This document shows, piece by piece, positions 41,090 through 49,833 of a stretch of 64,000 nt of DNA; the first letter of the stretch is position 1; every line of letters starts with the position of its first letter. Where the stretch lies: contig CAVXGK010000002.1 in assembly GCA_963761305.1 (NCBI GenBank), positions 1,792,001 to 1,856,000 of the forward strand, in the 5' to 3' direction. Below the pieces are notes generated by a model that saw nothing but the letters and a program-made list of their open reading frames with translations, was not told the DNA's origin and did not search any database. Made by a program: the position numbers and the translations under genes. Origin of the DNA: an uncultured Gemmatimonadaceae bacterium (GTDB lineage: Bacteria > Gemmatimonadota > Gemmatimonadetes > Gemmatimonadales > Gemmatimonadaceae).

Positions 41090-42100
41090 GTGGCCACGCG
41101 ACAGCTTTCGGTGGATGACTCGCGCGACGTCGCGCTGCTCGAGCAGCTCGCCATCGCCCGATCTCGGCTGATCGAACAGATCGGCCGACGGATCATTGGC
41201 CAGCAGAAGATCGTCGACGATCTCGTCGCCGCGCTCCTCGCCGGCGGACACGTGCTGCTCGTCGGCGTCCCGGGTCTCGCCAAGACGCTGCTCGTCCAAA
41301 CCGTGGCCCAGGCGCTCGACCTCACGTTCTCGCGCGTGCAGTTCACGCCGGACCTGATGCCGAGCGACATCACCGGCACCGAGTTGCTCGAGGAAGATCA
41401 TACGTCGGGCGGCTCGCGGCGGTTCTTCAAGTTCGCCAAGGGTCCGATCTTCGGAAACGTCGTGCTCGCCGACGAGATCAATCGCGCACCGCCGAAGACG
41501 CAGGCCGCGTTGCTCCAGGCGATGCAAGAGCACGCCGTGACCGCGGCCGGCCAGACTCACCGGTTACCGGAGCCGTTCTTCGTCCTCGCGACGCAGAACC
41601 CGATCGAGCAGGAAGGCACGTATCCGCTTCCCGAAGCGCAGCTCGACCGATTCATGATGCAGCTCACGATCGGATATCCGAGTCGCGAAGAAGAGGAAAG
41701 AATCGTCGCCGCGACGACCGGCGACCTCGACGTCGAGATTCGTCCGGTACTCGACGCCGCGCAATTGCTCCAGCTCCAGCACCTCGTGCGCCGACTGCCG
41801 GCGCCGCCGTCGGTGGTGAGCTACGCGGTGAAGCTCGCGCGCTCGACACGTCCCGCCGCCGACGAGGCGACGCCGATGGTGAAGAAGTACGTCAGCTGGG
41901 GCGCCGGGCCGCGCGCGTCGCAATACCTCATACTCGGCGCGAAAGCTCGCGCGGCGATGGACGGCCGCGCGGTGCCGGATCTCGAGGATGTGAACGCGAT
42001 GGCCGTGCCGGTGCTCACCCACCGCGTCGTCGTGAATTTCCAGGCGGAGGCCGAGGGGATGTCACCCGAACGACTCGTGACCATCCCCTCGAAACCGTAG
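41090..42100 (+). CDS. moxR: MoxR family AAA+ ATPase
   Basis: [62 protein letters not shown]. Confidence 0.96.
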   Translation: MATRQLSVDDSRDVALLEQLAIARSRLIEQIGRRIIGQQKIVDDLVAALLAGGHVLLVGVPGLAKTLLVQTVAQALDLTFSRVQFTPDLMPSDITGTELLEEDHTSGGSRRFFKFAKGPIFGNVVLADEINRAPPKTQAALLQAMQEHAVTAAGQTHRLPEPFFVLATQNPIEQEGTYPLPEAQLDRFMMQLTIGYPSREEEERIVAATTGDLDVEIRPVLDAAQLLQLQHLVRRLPAPPSVVSYAVKLARSTRPAADEATPMVKKYVSWGAGPRASQYLILGAKARAAMDGRAVPDLEDVNAMAVPVLTHRVVVNFQAEAEGMSPERLVTIPSKP

Positions 42101-42115
42101 CCGCCCGTCGGGGGA

Positions 42116-43108
42116 TTACTTCATCCCCATGTTTTTCTTGAAGAACGCGATCGACTGAGGCCAAGCCTCCTTGATCGCGGCCAGGTTCGCCTGCTCCTCG
42201 GCCTGGACGTCTGCCTCTGTCTCGTTGGCCCGGGGATTTGGTTGACGCGGATCGTCCTGCGCGCGTGCGAATCCGTGAATGGCGCCCGGGAAATTCTTCC
42301 CGTAGTACGACTTGTTCATCGCCTTCATCACCGAATCGACGCCGGGCATTCCGGCGCCCGTCCGCGCGTCTTTGGCGCCGTTGAACATCATTACGGGCAC
42401 CTTGATCTTCGCGAGCGAGTCGCCGTTCGGCACTGCGCCGTTCATGTACGGAAGGCCGTAAAAGGCGACGCCCCCCGACAGCCCGGGGACGCCGTTGTTG
42501 ATGACCTGATCCCAAACCGTTCCGCCGCCCCAGCAGAATCCGACGACGGAATATTTCGGAGCGGCGGACGGCTGAGACATCGCGTAGCGAGCGGCGGCAC
42601 CGATCCCGTCCATCCGCTCGGCGATCGGCACGCCGGCAATCAGCTTACGCGCCGAATCTCCGCTCAGCTCTACGGTGCTCGCGCCACCACGCACGCGCGA
42701 GATCAGATCCGGCGCGATCGCGATGAAGCCGTCCGCCGCCAACTGATCGGTGACCCCGCGCACCCACGTCTGGAGTCCGAAGATTTCGTGGATAACCACG
42801 ACGACCGGTGTGCGCGGATTCGACGTGCTCGGATAGACGATCCAGGCCATCAGCGAATCCGACGAACCGGGTCGCCAAGCGATCTTGACCCATTCGCCGT
42901 GTCGCGGACTCGCGGCCAGGCGTGCGGGCGCTTGGTTGGCGCTGGGCGGAAGGGAGGGATCGCCCTGCTGATTTGACGCGGCAACTGCCGTTGCCGACAA
43001 ATCGCCGGCGGCCATGTGCGCCATGTGCTCGTCCATCGGCGGCTGGCGGTGGCATGCAGCCAGTGCGAGTGCAGCGCAGGTGGCAACGAAAACGCGCGGA
43101 AAAGACAT
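42116..43108 (-). CDS. Dienelactone hydrolase family lipoprotein
   Basis: LAAC lipobox, HEIFG, APDL, GFCWGG, FYG, HGF, AW. Confidence 0.92.
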   Translation of the reverse strand: MSFPRVFVATCAALALAACHRQPPMDEHMAHMAAGDLSATAVAASNQQGDPSLPPSANQAPARLAASPRHGEWVKIAWRPGSSDSLMAWIVYPSTSNPRTPVVVVIHEIFGLQTWVRGVTDQLAADGFIAIAPDLISRVRGGASTVELSGDSARKLIAGVPIAERMDGIGAAARYAMSQPSAAPKYSVVGFCWGGGTVWDQVINNGVPGLSGGVAFYGLPYMNGAVPNGDSLAKIKVPVMMFNGAKDARTGAGMPGVDSVMKAMNKSYYGKNFPGAIHGFARAQDDPRQPNPRANETEADVQAEEQANLAAIKEAWPQSIAFFKKNMGMK

Positions 43109-43230
43109 GCTGAGCTCTCCGTTCCGAGTGAGGGCGACGTTTTTCTTCGCGAGACCGCAAATCAATACGCGGCCTGACAATAGATTCCCAGTCCACCGCG
43201 CGGAAGGGTCGCCACAGTCCCGGCCGGAAG

Positions 43231-43974
43231 TCAGAACAGCCAGGGAATCAGCGCGCGCGTCGTACGTCGATAGTCCGCATACGCGTCTCCGAACAACTCG
43301 GCCAGGTTTCGCTCCTCGAGGCGGATTTTTCGGACGTACGCCGCTGCCATCAGTGCAGCGCCGAGGAACGCGTGCACGTCGCCAGAGACGAGCGCCGTGC
43401 CGACGACCATTCCGAGCATCGCCGAATAGATCGGGTGACGCACGAAACGATATGGCCCGGAGCGGACGAGTTCGTGGTCGGCCTTCTGCGTGATCGCGCC
43501 ACTCCAGTTCCGCCCCAAAACGCGCCGCGCCGCGATGGCGAACCCGAACGACGCCACATGTAGGGCCAGGCCCGCCACCACCCAGCCGGCCCCAACGGGA
43601 AGAACCCGCCCGTCCAGCCACGGAATCGGCACGAACAACAGGAGTAGCGACAGCAACATCAGCTTCTGATGGAACGCGCGTGACGGCGACGACTCACTTC
43701 GCACCGACGGGGCGGAATTCGCCGCTGCAACATTCCAATAAACCACGAACCCGATCCAGAGCAGCGCCGAAATGGTGAGCGGGGTCGCGAGGACCCGGAC
43801 GCGATAGTAAACAAGGAGAGCGACGATTCCAGCAAACAGAACCAATGTCACGACTTGCGCGGATCGTCCCGTGAGCCGGAGAGGGCCGATTACGAGCGCG
43901 GATGCTGGCGCCGACCCCGCGGACGCACTCAAAGGAGACGGACGCACGTCCGCTTCAGCCTGATCACTCTTCAT
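43231..43974 (-). CDS. Isoprenylcysteine carboxyl methyltransferase (ICMT/PEMT) family membrane protein
   Basis: LGRNWS, HELVRSGPYRFVRHPIY, EE..L...FG..Y..Y, LIP; start uncertain because candidate ATGs fall in array 2. Confidence 0.88.
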   Translation of the reverse strand: MKSDQAEADVRPSPLSASAGSAPASALVIGPLRLTGRSAQVVTLVLFAGIVALLVYYRVRVLATPLTISALLWIGFVVYWNVAAANSAPSVRSESSPSRAFHQKLMLLSLLLLFVPIPWLDGRVLPVGAGWVVAGLALHVASFGFAIAARRVLGRNWSGAITQKADHELVRSGPYRFVRHPIYSAMLGMVVGTALVSGDVHAFLGAALMAAAYVRKIRLEERNLAELFGDAYADYRRTTRALIPWLF

Positions 43975-44820
43975 CTCTTGGCCTCGCTCATTCATTGCAC
44001 GTCGTTCGACGCTGGCCAGTTGCCGGCAAACGACCGTTGCCCGTCAGCGACCCTTCATTCTCACTCGCTTCGCCCCAATCGGTCGCCGACTCTCGTGCAT
44101 TGGCCGGCGTCTTCCCTTCATTCGGTCTTGTCGCGCCTTCATTCACAGCTGTCGCGCTCGCATGCGGAGGACGCACGGAGGCGCTGATCCTTGACCACAT
44201 CACACTCCACCCCGTCGAACGCGCACTACCGTGCGGCCAGCGAGCATTTAACCACGTAAACCGGACATTCGAGACTTGCGAACGTCCATTCACCGCGGTG
44301 AATCGTACGTCCATTAGTCGCCAGGGTTCATCTCCCGGTATGCACGGCGCGTCTCACGGCTGCGATGCGACGCCAACCAATGTTTCGACGACGTCAAGGA
44401 TCCGTCAGCGGGCGTGTAGGCAGTTGCAGCGTCCGCCTACCAAGCGCGAGACGACACTCGCGCTCGGTCAAATCACATCAACGGATCGCGAGGCGACGTC
44501 TCGGCGCGTTTACCACACAGCAACGACTTGCCGAGCGACGCCTCCGGCTCGTCCATCTGCGCCAACGGATTGGTCGGCGGCGTCTCCGATTTACTATGAC
44601 CCGCAAACAAACAGCAGGACCAGTCCAAACGGAGTGGAACGGACACCGATGAGTCGTCAGCCAACGCCTACCGATTGAGAGCAAGCGTCTACCGGTTCTC
44701 ACGGCAATCCAACGAATCGGAACCACGCGTCTCGCTTTCAATAACCTATTTCAACCCGTCGAGAACGCTCCTCAAGGCGTCGGGAACGCTTCCCAACAAA
44801 CCAAGAACCCGCTCTAGCCG
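43960..44820. repeat. Degenerate 21-nt-period tandem array 2
   Basis: CAT/CAC core in one 21-nt phase at 43972, 43993, 44056, 44098, 44119, 44140, 44161, 44203, 44224, 44245, 44266, 44287; heptad pattern in translation continues towards ~44800. Confidence 0.78.
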
Positions 44821-44951
44821 ACCCTAGCCGTGCGGCGTGGCGTACCCCGTAGACCCAAGGTCACCCTTGCGGATCGGCGCCCCCCCCGCCGATTATGTCC
44901 ATGTCTCGCGCGAACTTGCACATCGCGACGATCCGGCCTGAGGATCATTCA

Positions 44952-45365
44952 ATGGGTCTCCAGCAGCGCGCAGGATCATCCGCAAGCTCGTCTCCAGCGC
45001 TTCCGCCCGGCGTCGCCGCCGCCGCAGGCGACTATCAGCGACTTCGCGAGATCGAGAAAGGACACCTCGCGCTGATGGCGCGACATAACCTGCTCGCCGA
45101 CTGGACGCCGGAGATTCGCGAAACGGTGATGGAGGCGCGCAAGCACATTCACGACGCGAATGTGGCGCGCGAGAAATTTCGCGCTCTCGTGCGCGACATC
45201 GTCACGACACTGCGTGCCGAGCGCATGTCGCTCTCGGGCGTGTTGCGCCACACGCGATCGCTACTGCAAATCCTCGAATCGTCCGGCGCGATTCAGAACG
45301 ACGGCGGCTGGCTCGAGGCGGACGTGCTCGAGTGGGCGATCGAGGACTACGAGTCGGTTGCGTGA
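44952..45365 (+). CDS. Hypothetical helical protein
   Basis: GAGGA RBS; typical high-GC3 codon use; ends VLEWAIEDY. Confidence 0.7.
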   Translation: MGLQQRAGSSASSSPALPPGVAAAAGDYQRLREIEKGHLALMARHNLLADWTPEIRETVMEARKHIHDANVAREKFRALVRDIVTTLRAERMSLSGVLRHTRSLLQILESSGAIQNDGGWLEADVLEWAIEDYESVA

Positions 45366-45377
45366 AGTTGGTCGCGC

Positions 45378-45566
45378 TCAGACTCGCGCGCGCCACTCCG
45401 CGGTCGCTTCCGGGACGAGCCGGGCACCCCAATGACTGACTTCGAGGATGTAGTAGTCGCGCCGCTGCGGATCGCGGGGATCGACAACCTCGTAGTAGGT
45501 CGGCTGGGGCTCGACCCGAACGGTGAGCCCGTTGCATTCGCCGCCAACACACGTGACTTGAATCAT
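45378..45566 (-). CDS. Small hypothetical protein (62 aa)
   Basis: GGAGG RBS; MIQVTCVGGECNG; GC3-biased codons. Confidence 0.65.
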   Translation of the reverse strand: MIQVTCVGGECNGLTVRVEPQPTYYEVVDPRDPQRRDYYILEVSHWGARLVPEATAEWRARV

Positions 45567-45587
45567 TCGCTCATCCTCCGGCGGTCG

Positions 45588-46088
45588 TCAGCTCGCCTGT
45601 TGCACGGCGGACCGCGAACCGCCGGTGAGAAACCGGGGACCGCTGGTGCACGCGCGTTCGACGGTGCGCGCGATGCTCTCGGGCAGTCGCACGGCGCCGC
45701 GCGCGTGCGCTTCGAGCACGAGCGTGAGGGCCCGCCGCTGCCGGTCGAACGCGGAAAGGAGTTGTGCCCCGCCGTCGGGGGTCGCGAACACGCCCTGCAC
45801 GAGCCCTTGCAACGAGCTCTGCTCGGCGGCGTCCGACGCGTCGTTCATGCAGAGTTCGAGATTCCAACTTTCACGATGTTGGTCGCACAAACCTGTCCTG
45901 CTGCTATCACCGGAGGCGTCCTGGGTGCACGCCGCGCACAGGGCGATCGCGCGCAGCAGGTCCGCACTCGGAACGAAGGACATCGGGTCTTCCTCGAGAA
46001 CTTGTCGTAGCTCCTTCGCCAAGTCGGGATCGCGAGTAGTCGCGTAGACGAGGTGAAGGCGGCGGCGGGCGTTCGGTTCGATGCTCAT
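45588..46088 (-). CDS. Hypothetical protein
   Basis: 166-aa ORF co-oriented with the 62-aa gene; start uncertain. Confidence 0.5.
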   Translation of the reverse strand: MSIEPNARRRLHLVYATTRDPDLAKELRQVLEEDPMSFVPSADLLRAIALCAACTQDASGDSSRTGLCDQHRESWNLELCMNDASDAAEQSSLQGLVQGVFATPDGGAQLLSAFDRQRRALTLVLEAHARGAVRLPESIARTVERACTSGPRFLTGGSRSAVQQAS

Positions 46089-46207
46089 CGGTGGACTCGC
46101 CGCCGAGTTGGTCGCAAGCTGTTACCGGGAGTGGAAATGCTTGTCACAGGATTGAGCGAGGACGGGGTCATACTGCCCCCATCCTCGCCGCTCGCGGATC
46201 CGCCGAC

Positions 46208-47116
46208 ATGACTATGCCGTCGACTCCCGCTCTCTCGCCGAACGCGCTCGAGACTCTCGACCGCCATTGGGCTGTGAAAGTCGTCACGCCCCAGGACCGA
46301 GCGTCGTCGATCCAGTTCGCAATGGGCGTGCTCACGAGGCTCGGCTCCGGCGAGACTCCGGCGCCGGAGGCGCCGTTGCCCGAGTTCGTCGTGCCATTGG
46401 CCGGCGCGTACGTCATCGCCGCCAGCGAGTGGCTCGATTTCGAGGGGTCGGCTTCTCCGAGTGCGCTCCTCTCGGCCGAACAGGAAGCTCAACGCACGGC
46501 CCACGTCGAGGTGGGCGCCGATCGCGCGTTCATCCTGACCGCCGCGCTCCCCGTCGAGCCGCACGAACAGGTCGCCGCGCTCTACCGCACGCTGCTCCTG
46601 GCCGGTCTCGCTCAACTCGGAAACAAGCAGACGGAGTTTCGTCACTGGCTCCGCGCCTACGCGCCCGCGCTGCTTCCCCCCGAGCGGGGCGACGAGCGAT
46701 GGGACGTCGTGCTGCTGCGACGGGTCGTCGAGCTCTGGACGCACGTGCTCCGCGGCGCCGGCCCCTCGGGGCTCGGACACGCCATGGAGATCATCGCGTC
46801 GATTCGCGAAGAGCGGTCCGTTCGCGAGGGCTCGCTCCTCGCCGCGATCGACCCGGCCGACGAGTCGCGCACGCGATTCTACCTCTTCACGCTCTTCCAT
46901 CTCACCGAGGCCGCGACCGAGCTGCTGCTGTTCCGCATTCACGGCGAGCCGTCGCGCGTCGACGCGCGGCTCTACAGCCACTTCACGCTGGCGCGCGACG
47001 CCGCCGGCGGCGATCCCCGGCTCGACGCCAGCTTCGACTGGCTCTACGAGGCCGCCCGGCGCGTGGTCGAGTTGCGCACCGCGCAGCTCGAGTTGCTCCC
47101 CGAGGGCAGTCGTTGA
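46208..47116 (+). CDS. Hypothetical all-helical protein, possibly related to the N-terminal domain of HamB/Ski2-like DEAD/DEAH helicases
   Basis: Strong coding bias; HWAV, LAGAYVIAASE, RHWL, WDVVLLRR, SHF..A, DWL motifs; homology recalled, not searched; C-terminal QLELL. Confidence 0.75.
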   Translation: MTMPSTPALSPNALETLDRHWAVKVVTPQDRASSIQFAMGVLTRLGSGETPAPEAPLPEFVVPLAGAYVIAASEWLDFEGSASPSALLSAEQEAQRTAHVEVGADRAFILTAALPVEPHEQVAALYRTLLLAGLAQLGNKQTEFRHWLRAYAPALLPPERGDERWDVVLLRRVVELWTHVLRGAGPSGLGHAMEIIASIREERSVREGSLLAAIDPADESRTRFYLFTLFHLTEAATELLLFRIHGEPSRVDARLYSHFTLARDAAGGDPRLDASFDWLYEAARRVVELRTAQLELLPEGSR

Positions 47117-47127
47117 GCGTTTTTTAA

Positions 47128-47448
47128 TCATCGCGGAAAACGCCGAGCGCTCCCCACCAGCATGCGCCGGCCGTTTGGCGATCGCGCCACGACAACGGAC
47201 ACTCGCGATACCGATCGGCCCGTCGGCCGAAGGGCGAGCACCCGCGCGCCGGACGACGCCGGCGGTGCGACATCATCGGCCAGACGGAACCAAGCCACGT
47301 CGCCCGCATCCTTCGTACAACGGACGTAGTAGGCGTCGGCCGACCAGAAGCCGTCCCAACGCTCGCCTTCGGTGAGGTCGGCGAGCAGCGCCGTACGCGG
47401 CGCGTCCTCGAGGGGACCTGGTGGCGTAGCACAACTCACGAGTCGCAT
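47128..47448 (-). CDS. Small hypothetical protein
   Basis: ~106 aa, DLTEGERWDGFWSADAYYVRC..AWFRL; reads away from the DnaA-box cluster. Confidence 0.6.
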   Translation of the reverse strand: MRLVSCATPPGPLEDAPRTALLADLTEGERWDGFWSADAYYVRCTKDAGDVAWFRLADDVAPPASSGARVLALRPTGRSVSRVSVVVARSPNGRRMLVGSARRFPR

Positions 47449-47499
47449 GGCGGAAAGCGCGATGTGTCGAGTGGCGGAAGGAGAAACCGTCGTGACGCC

Positions 47500-47950
47500 G
47501 TTGTTGCTTTTTAGGAAGGGAGCGGAACCTAGAAAACACTGATTCAAAGCGCAATAGTAAAGTTTTCCATAACTCGTTGTGTCTGCTGTGGATAGCCAAT
47601 GTGGAGAGCTGTCGACAATCCGCTAACTCTGCGTTCAGACTCGCGTAACGTGCGCTCGTCGTCTGTTGAAAACGACTGTGGACAGATGTGTACGAAATTC
47701 TGGAGCGGGGAACGGTGACGGTGTGCGGGGACCTGCGGACTTCGACGAAAAACAGGGCGCGTTTTGCTGCGCCTCGCCGCGAAAAATGGGCGCGCCGATA
47801 CTCACTGGGGCGTAACCAGTTTGCGTGGTCACCACGGACCCGCTCGTGTCGAGAAAACGAAACCTGTCCACACCCGCATGTGGACAGGCTGTTGATAGCA
47901 TCACAGTTGCGGATCACTCTGGCGGAACGACCGGCGGTGGCAATATTGCC
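47500..47950. promoter_or_regulatory. DnaA-box cluster, candidate oriC
   Basis: Box-like 9-mers at 47563, 47587, 47600, 47609, 47664, 47677, 47864, 47879, 47890; AT-richer flank 47500-47580; non-coding between divergent ORFs. Confidence 0.7.
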
Positions 47951-48003
47951 AGATCTCAAATGCGTCCCGTCACGCGCGATGCCGCGCGATTCGGACGACT
48001 TCC

Positions 48004-48396
48004 ATGACTAGAGCCAATCCCGAGCGGCGATCGCCCGACGCGCTGATGACGAAGCTGGTCGCCTATTTGGGTGAGCTCGAGAGCGCGTATCTCTCGCGCA
48101 ACTCGCTGCGCGTCACGGCGCTGCTGCGCCGACGCATGGCGGCGCATCTTCCGCGCGAAGTGCGCGAAGAGCTGATGGTGTTGTCGCGAGCGCCGCGCGA
48201 GAGCCTTCGCGCGCCGGTGCAGTTCTACCGCTTCGAGCATCGCATGTCGCAGCTCTCGAACAGCGGCGAACGGCTACTCGGCGCTCAGATGGAGCTTCGG
48301 CTCGACGCGCGAACGGGCGGCGTGGCCAGGCGGCGCACGCGATCCGCGGCGGCACGCGAACCCGGCGAACCGGGCGAGCCGCAGCGGGACGACTGA
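48004..48396 (+). CDS. Hypothetical protein
   Basis: 130 aa, Arg-rich and helical, QMELRL near the C-terminus. Confidence 0.65.
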   Translation: MTRANPERRSPDALMTKLVAYLGELESAYLSRNSLRVTALLRRRMAAHLPREVREELMVLSRAPRESLRAPVQFYRFEHRMSQLSNSGERLLGAQMELRLDARTGGVARRRTRSAAAREPGEPGEPQRDD

Positions 48397-48406
48397 CGCC
48401 GCCGAG

Positions 48407-48616
48407 CTACGACTCCGACGATCCGGCGTCGAGCGACGCCTTGAGGCCCTCGGTGAGCGCGGCCTCGCCGGTGATGATCGAGCGCCAGGAGACCTCCGGG
48501 CCGTTGCGACGCCCCTTCTCGGTCACCTTGATGCCTTCCGGGCCGATCGCGATGGTGTAGACCTTTCCGTCGAGCTCCAACTCTCGCTTGATCGTCTTGT
48601 CGAGCTTTGCGGTCAT
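48407..48616 (-). CDS. Small hypothetical protein
   Basis: GAGGAAGG RBS; MTAKLDKTIKRELELDGKVYT...KGRRNG.E.SW. Confidence 0.8.
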   Translation of the reverse strand: MTAKLDKTIKRELELDGKVYTIAIGPEGIKVTEKGRRNGPEVSWRSIITGEAALTEGLKASLDAGSSES

Positions 48617-48697
48617 CCCTTCCTCCGGTCTGTGGATCTGTGGATCGCCGTTCGAGTGCATTGGAGAATCGAGTAAGACAAAGTAGCACCCCCGGCC

Positions 48698-49138
48698 TCA
48701 CGGCGGCGGCAGCCGCCTTTCCATATATGTAGAGGTCGCCATCCGGGTGGAGAACCCAAACCGCTCGTACAGTGGCTGCGCATCGCGGGTCAGGAGAGCG
48801 ATCCGGCGCAGCCCCTGAAGATCCGGGTGGGCGAGAATCTCCTCGATCATCCACGAGCCGATGCCGCGATTGCGAGCGTCGTCGGCGACGATGACGTCCG
48901 TGAGGTAGGCGTACGTGGACAGGTCGGTGACGGCGCGCGCGAAGGCGAGCTGTCGATCGCCGTCGTAGACGCCGAGACACACGGAGTTGGCGATCGCGCG
49001 GTCCAAGATCTCGGCGGTGACGCCCGCGCCCCAGTGGGATCGGTGCAGCATGTCCAGCACGGTGCGCTGATCGATCCGTGCGCGATCGGTGGACAAGACC
49101 AGGCTGTCGCGGCGGCGTTCGACGATGCGGTCGTTCAT
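48698..49138 (-). CDS. GNAT N-acetyltransferase
   Basis: FARAVTD, YLTDVIV, RNRGIG, LYERFGF. Confidence 0.92.
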   Translation of the reverse strand: MNDRIVERRRDSLVLSTDRARIDQRTVLDMLHRSHWGAGVTAEILDRAIANSVCLGVYDGDRQLAFARAVTDLSTYAYLTDVIVADDARNRGIGSWMIEEILAHPDLQGLRRIALLTRDAQPLYERFGFSTRMATSTYMERRLPPP

Positions 49139-49650
49139 CGGTGCTTGGGTTCGCGCAGTTCCATGACGAGCAGATCGCTCGGCGGCTCGAAGCCGGCACG
49201 CCGGTACAATGAGACGCTCCGCTGCGTCGGCCAGAGGAACACGGTGTCGACGCCGACCGATCGGCAGTGCTCGACGGCGGCGCGCAACAGTTGCGTTCCG
49301 GCGCCGCTGTTTCGCTCACGCGAGAGTACGAAGAAGTTGGACAAGTACGCGTGCAGCTCGGATTCAGGTCCGGGGTTCGGAAGTTTCTCGATGACCTGAA
49401 TCCAGACCTGACCGATGAGTCGATTCTCGCGCTCGGCCAGCCACGCGGTCCAGCGCGAATCGCCGCGAAGACGCGGACGCATCCAGTTGGAGCACCGCCG
49501 CGTGAACGCCTCTTCGCTTTCGGTCGCCGGCCGCCGCTCCAGGCGGAACGCGTGGCGAAGTTGGGCAAGCGCGTCGGCGTCGACGGGAAGCGCGCGGCGA
49601 ACGCGCAGCGTCGGAGGCGAATCCGGGACGGAGTCGGTCGGCTCAGGCAT
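49135..49650 (-). CDS. GNAT N-acetyltransferase
   Basis: AYLSNFFV, RNSGAGTQLL, LYRRAGF; ATGA coupling. Confidence 0.9.
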   Translation of the reverse strand: MPEPTDSVPDSPPTLRVRRALPVDADALAQLRHAFRLERRPATESEEAFTRRCSNWMRPRLRGDSRWTAWLAERENRLIGQVWIQVIEKLPNPGPESELHAYLSNFFVLSRERNSGAGTQLLRAAVEHCRSVGVDTVFLWPTQRSVSLYRRAGFEPPSDLLVMELREPKHR

Positions 49651-49833
49651 CGGTGATCCGGAGCACGATAATCGATCGCTGCTCGCCGACGACAGGCTCG
49701 ACGTCGTCGGCGGGCGAGGCAGAATGACCGAATCTCATCGACCCGGGATTCTCGCGAATCGCCACAGCGTTGCGGCAAACCGCATAGCTCGTCACGACTG
49801 AGAAGCGTACGAGGAGAGATAGTGTCGCACGCG

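Noticed and set aside
46208..47116. Calling a complete Hachiman defence system or a helicase pseudogene
   Set aside because: No helicase motifs were seen downstream and there is no HamA-like partner; only an unverified domain-level resemblance remains.
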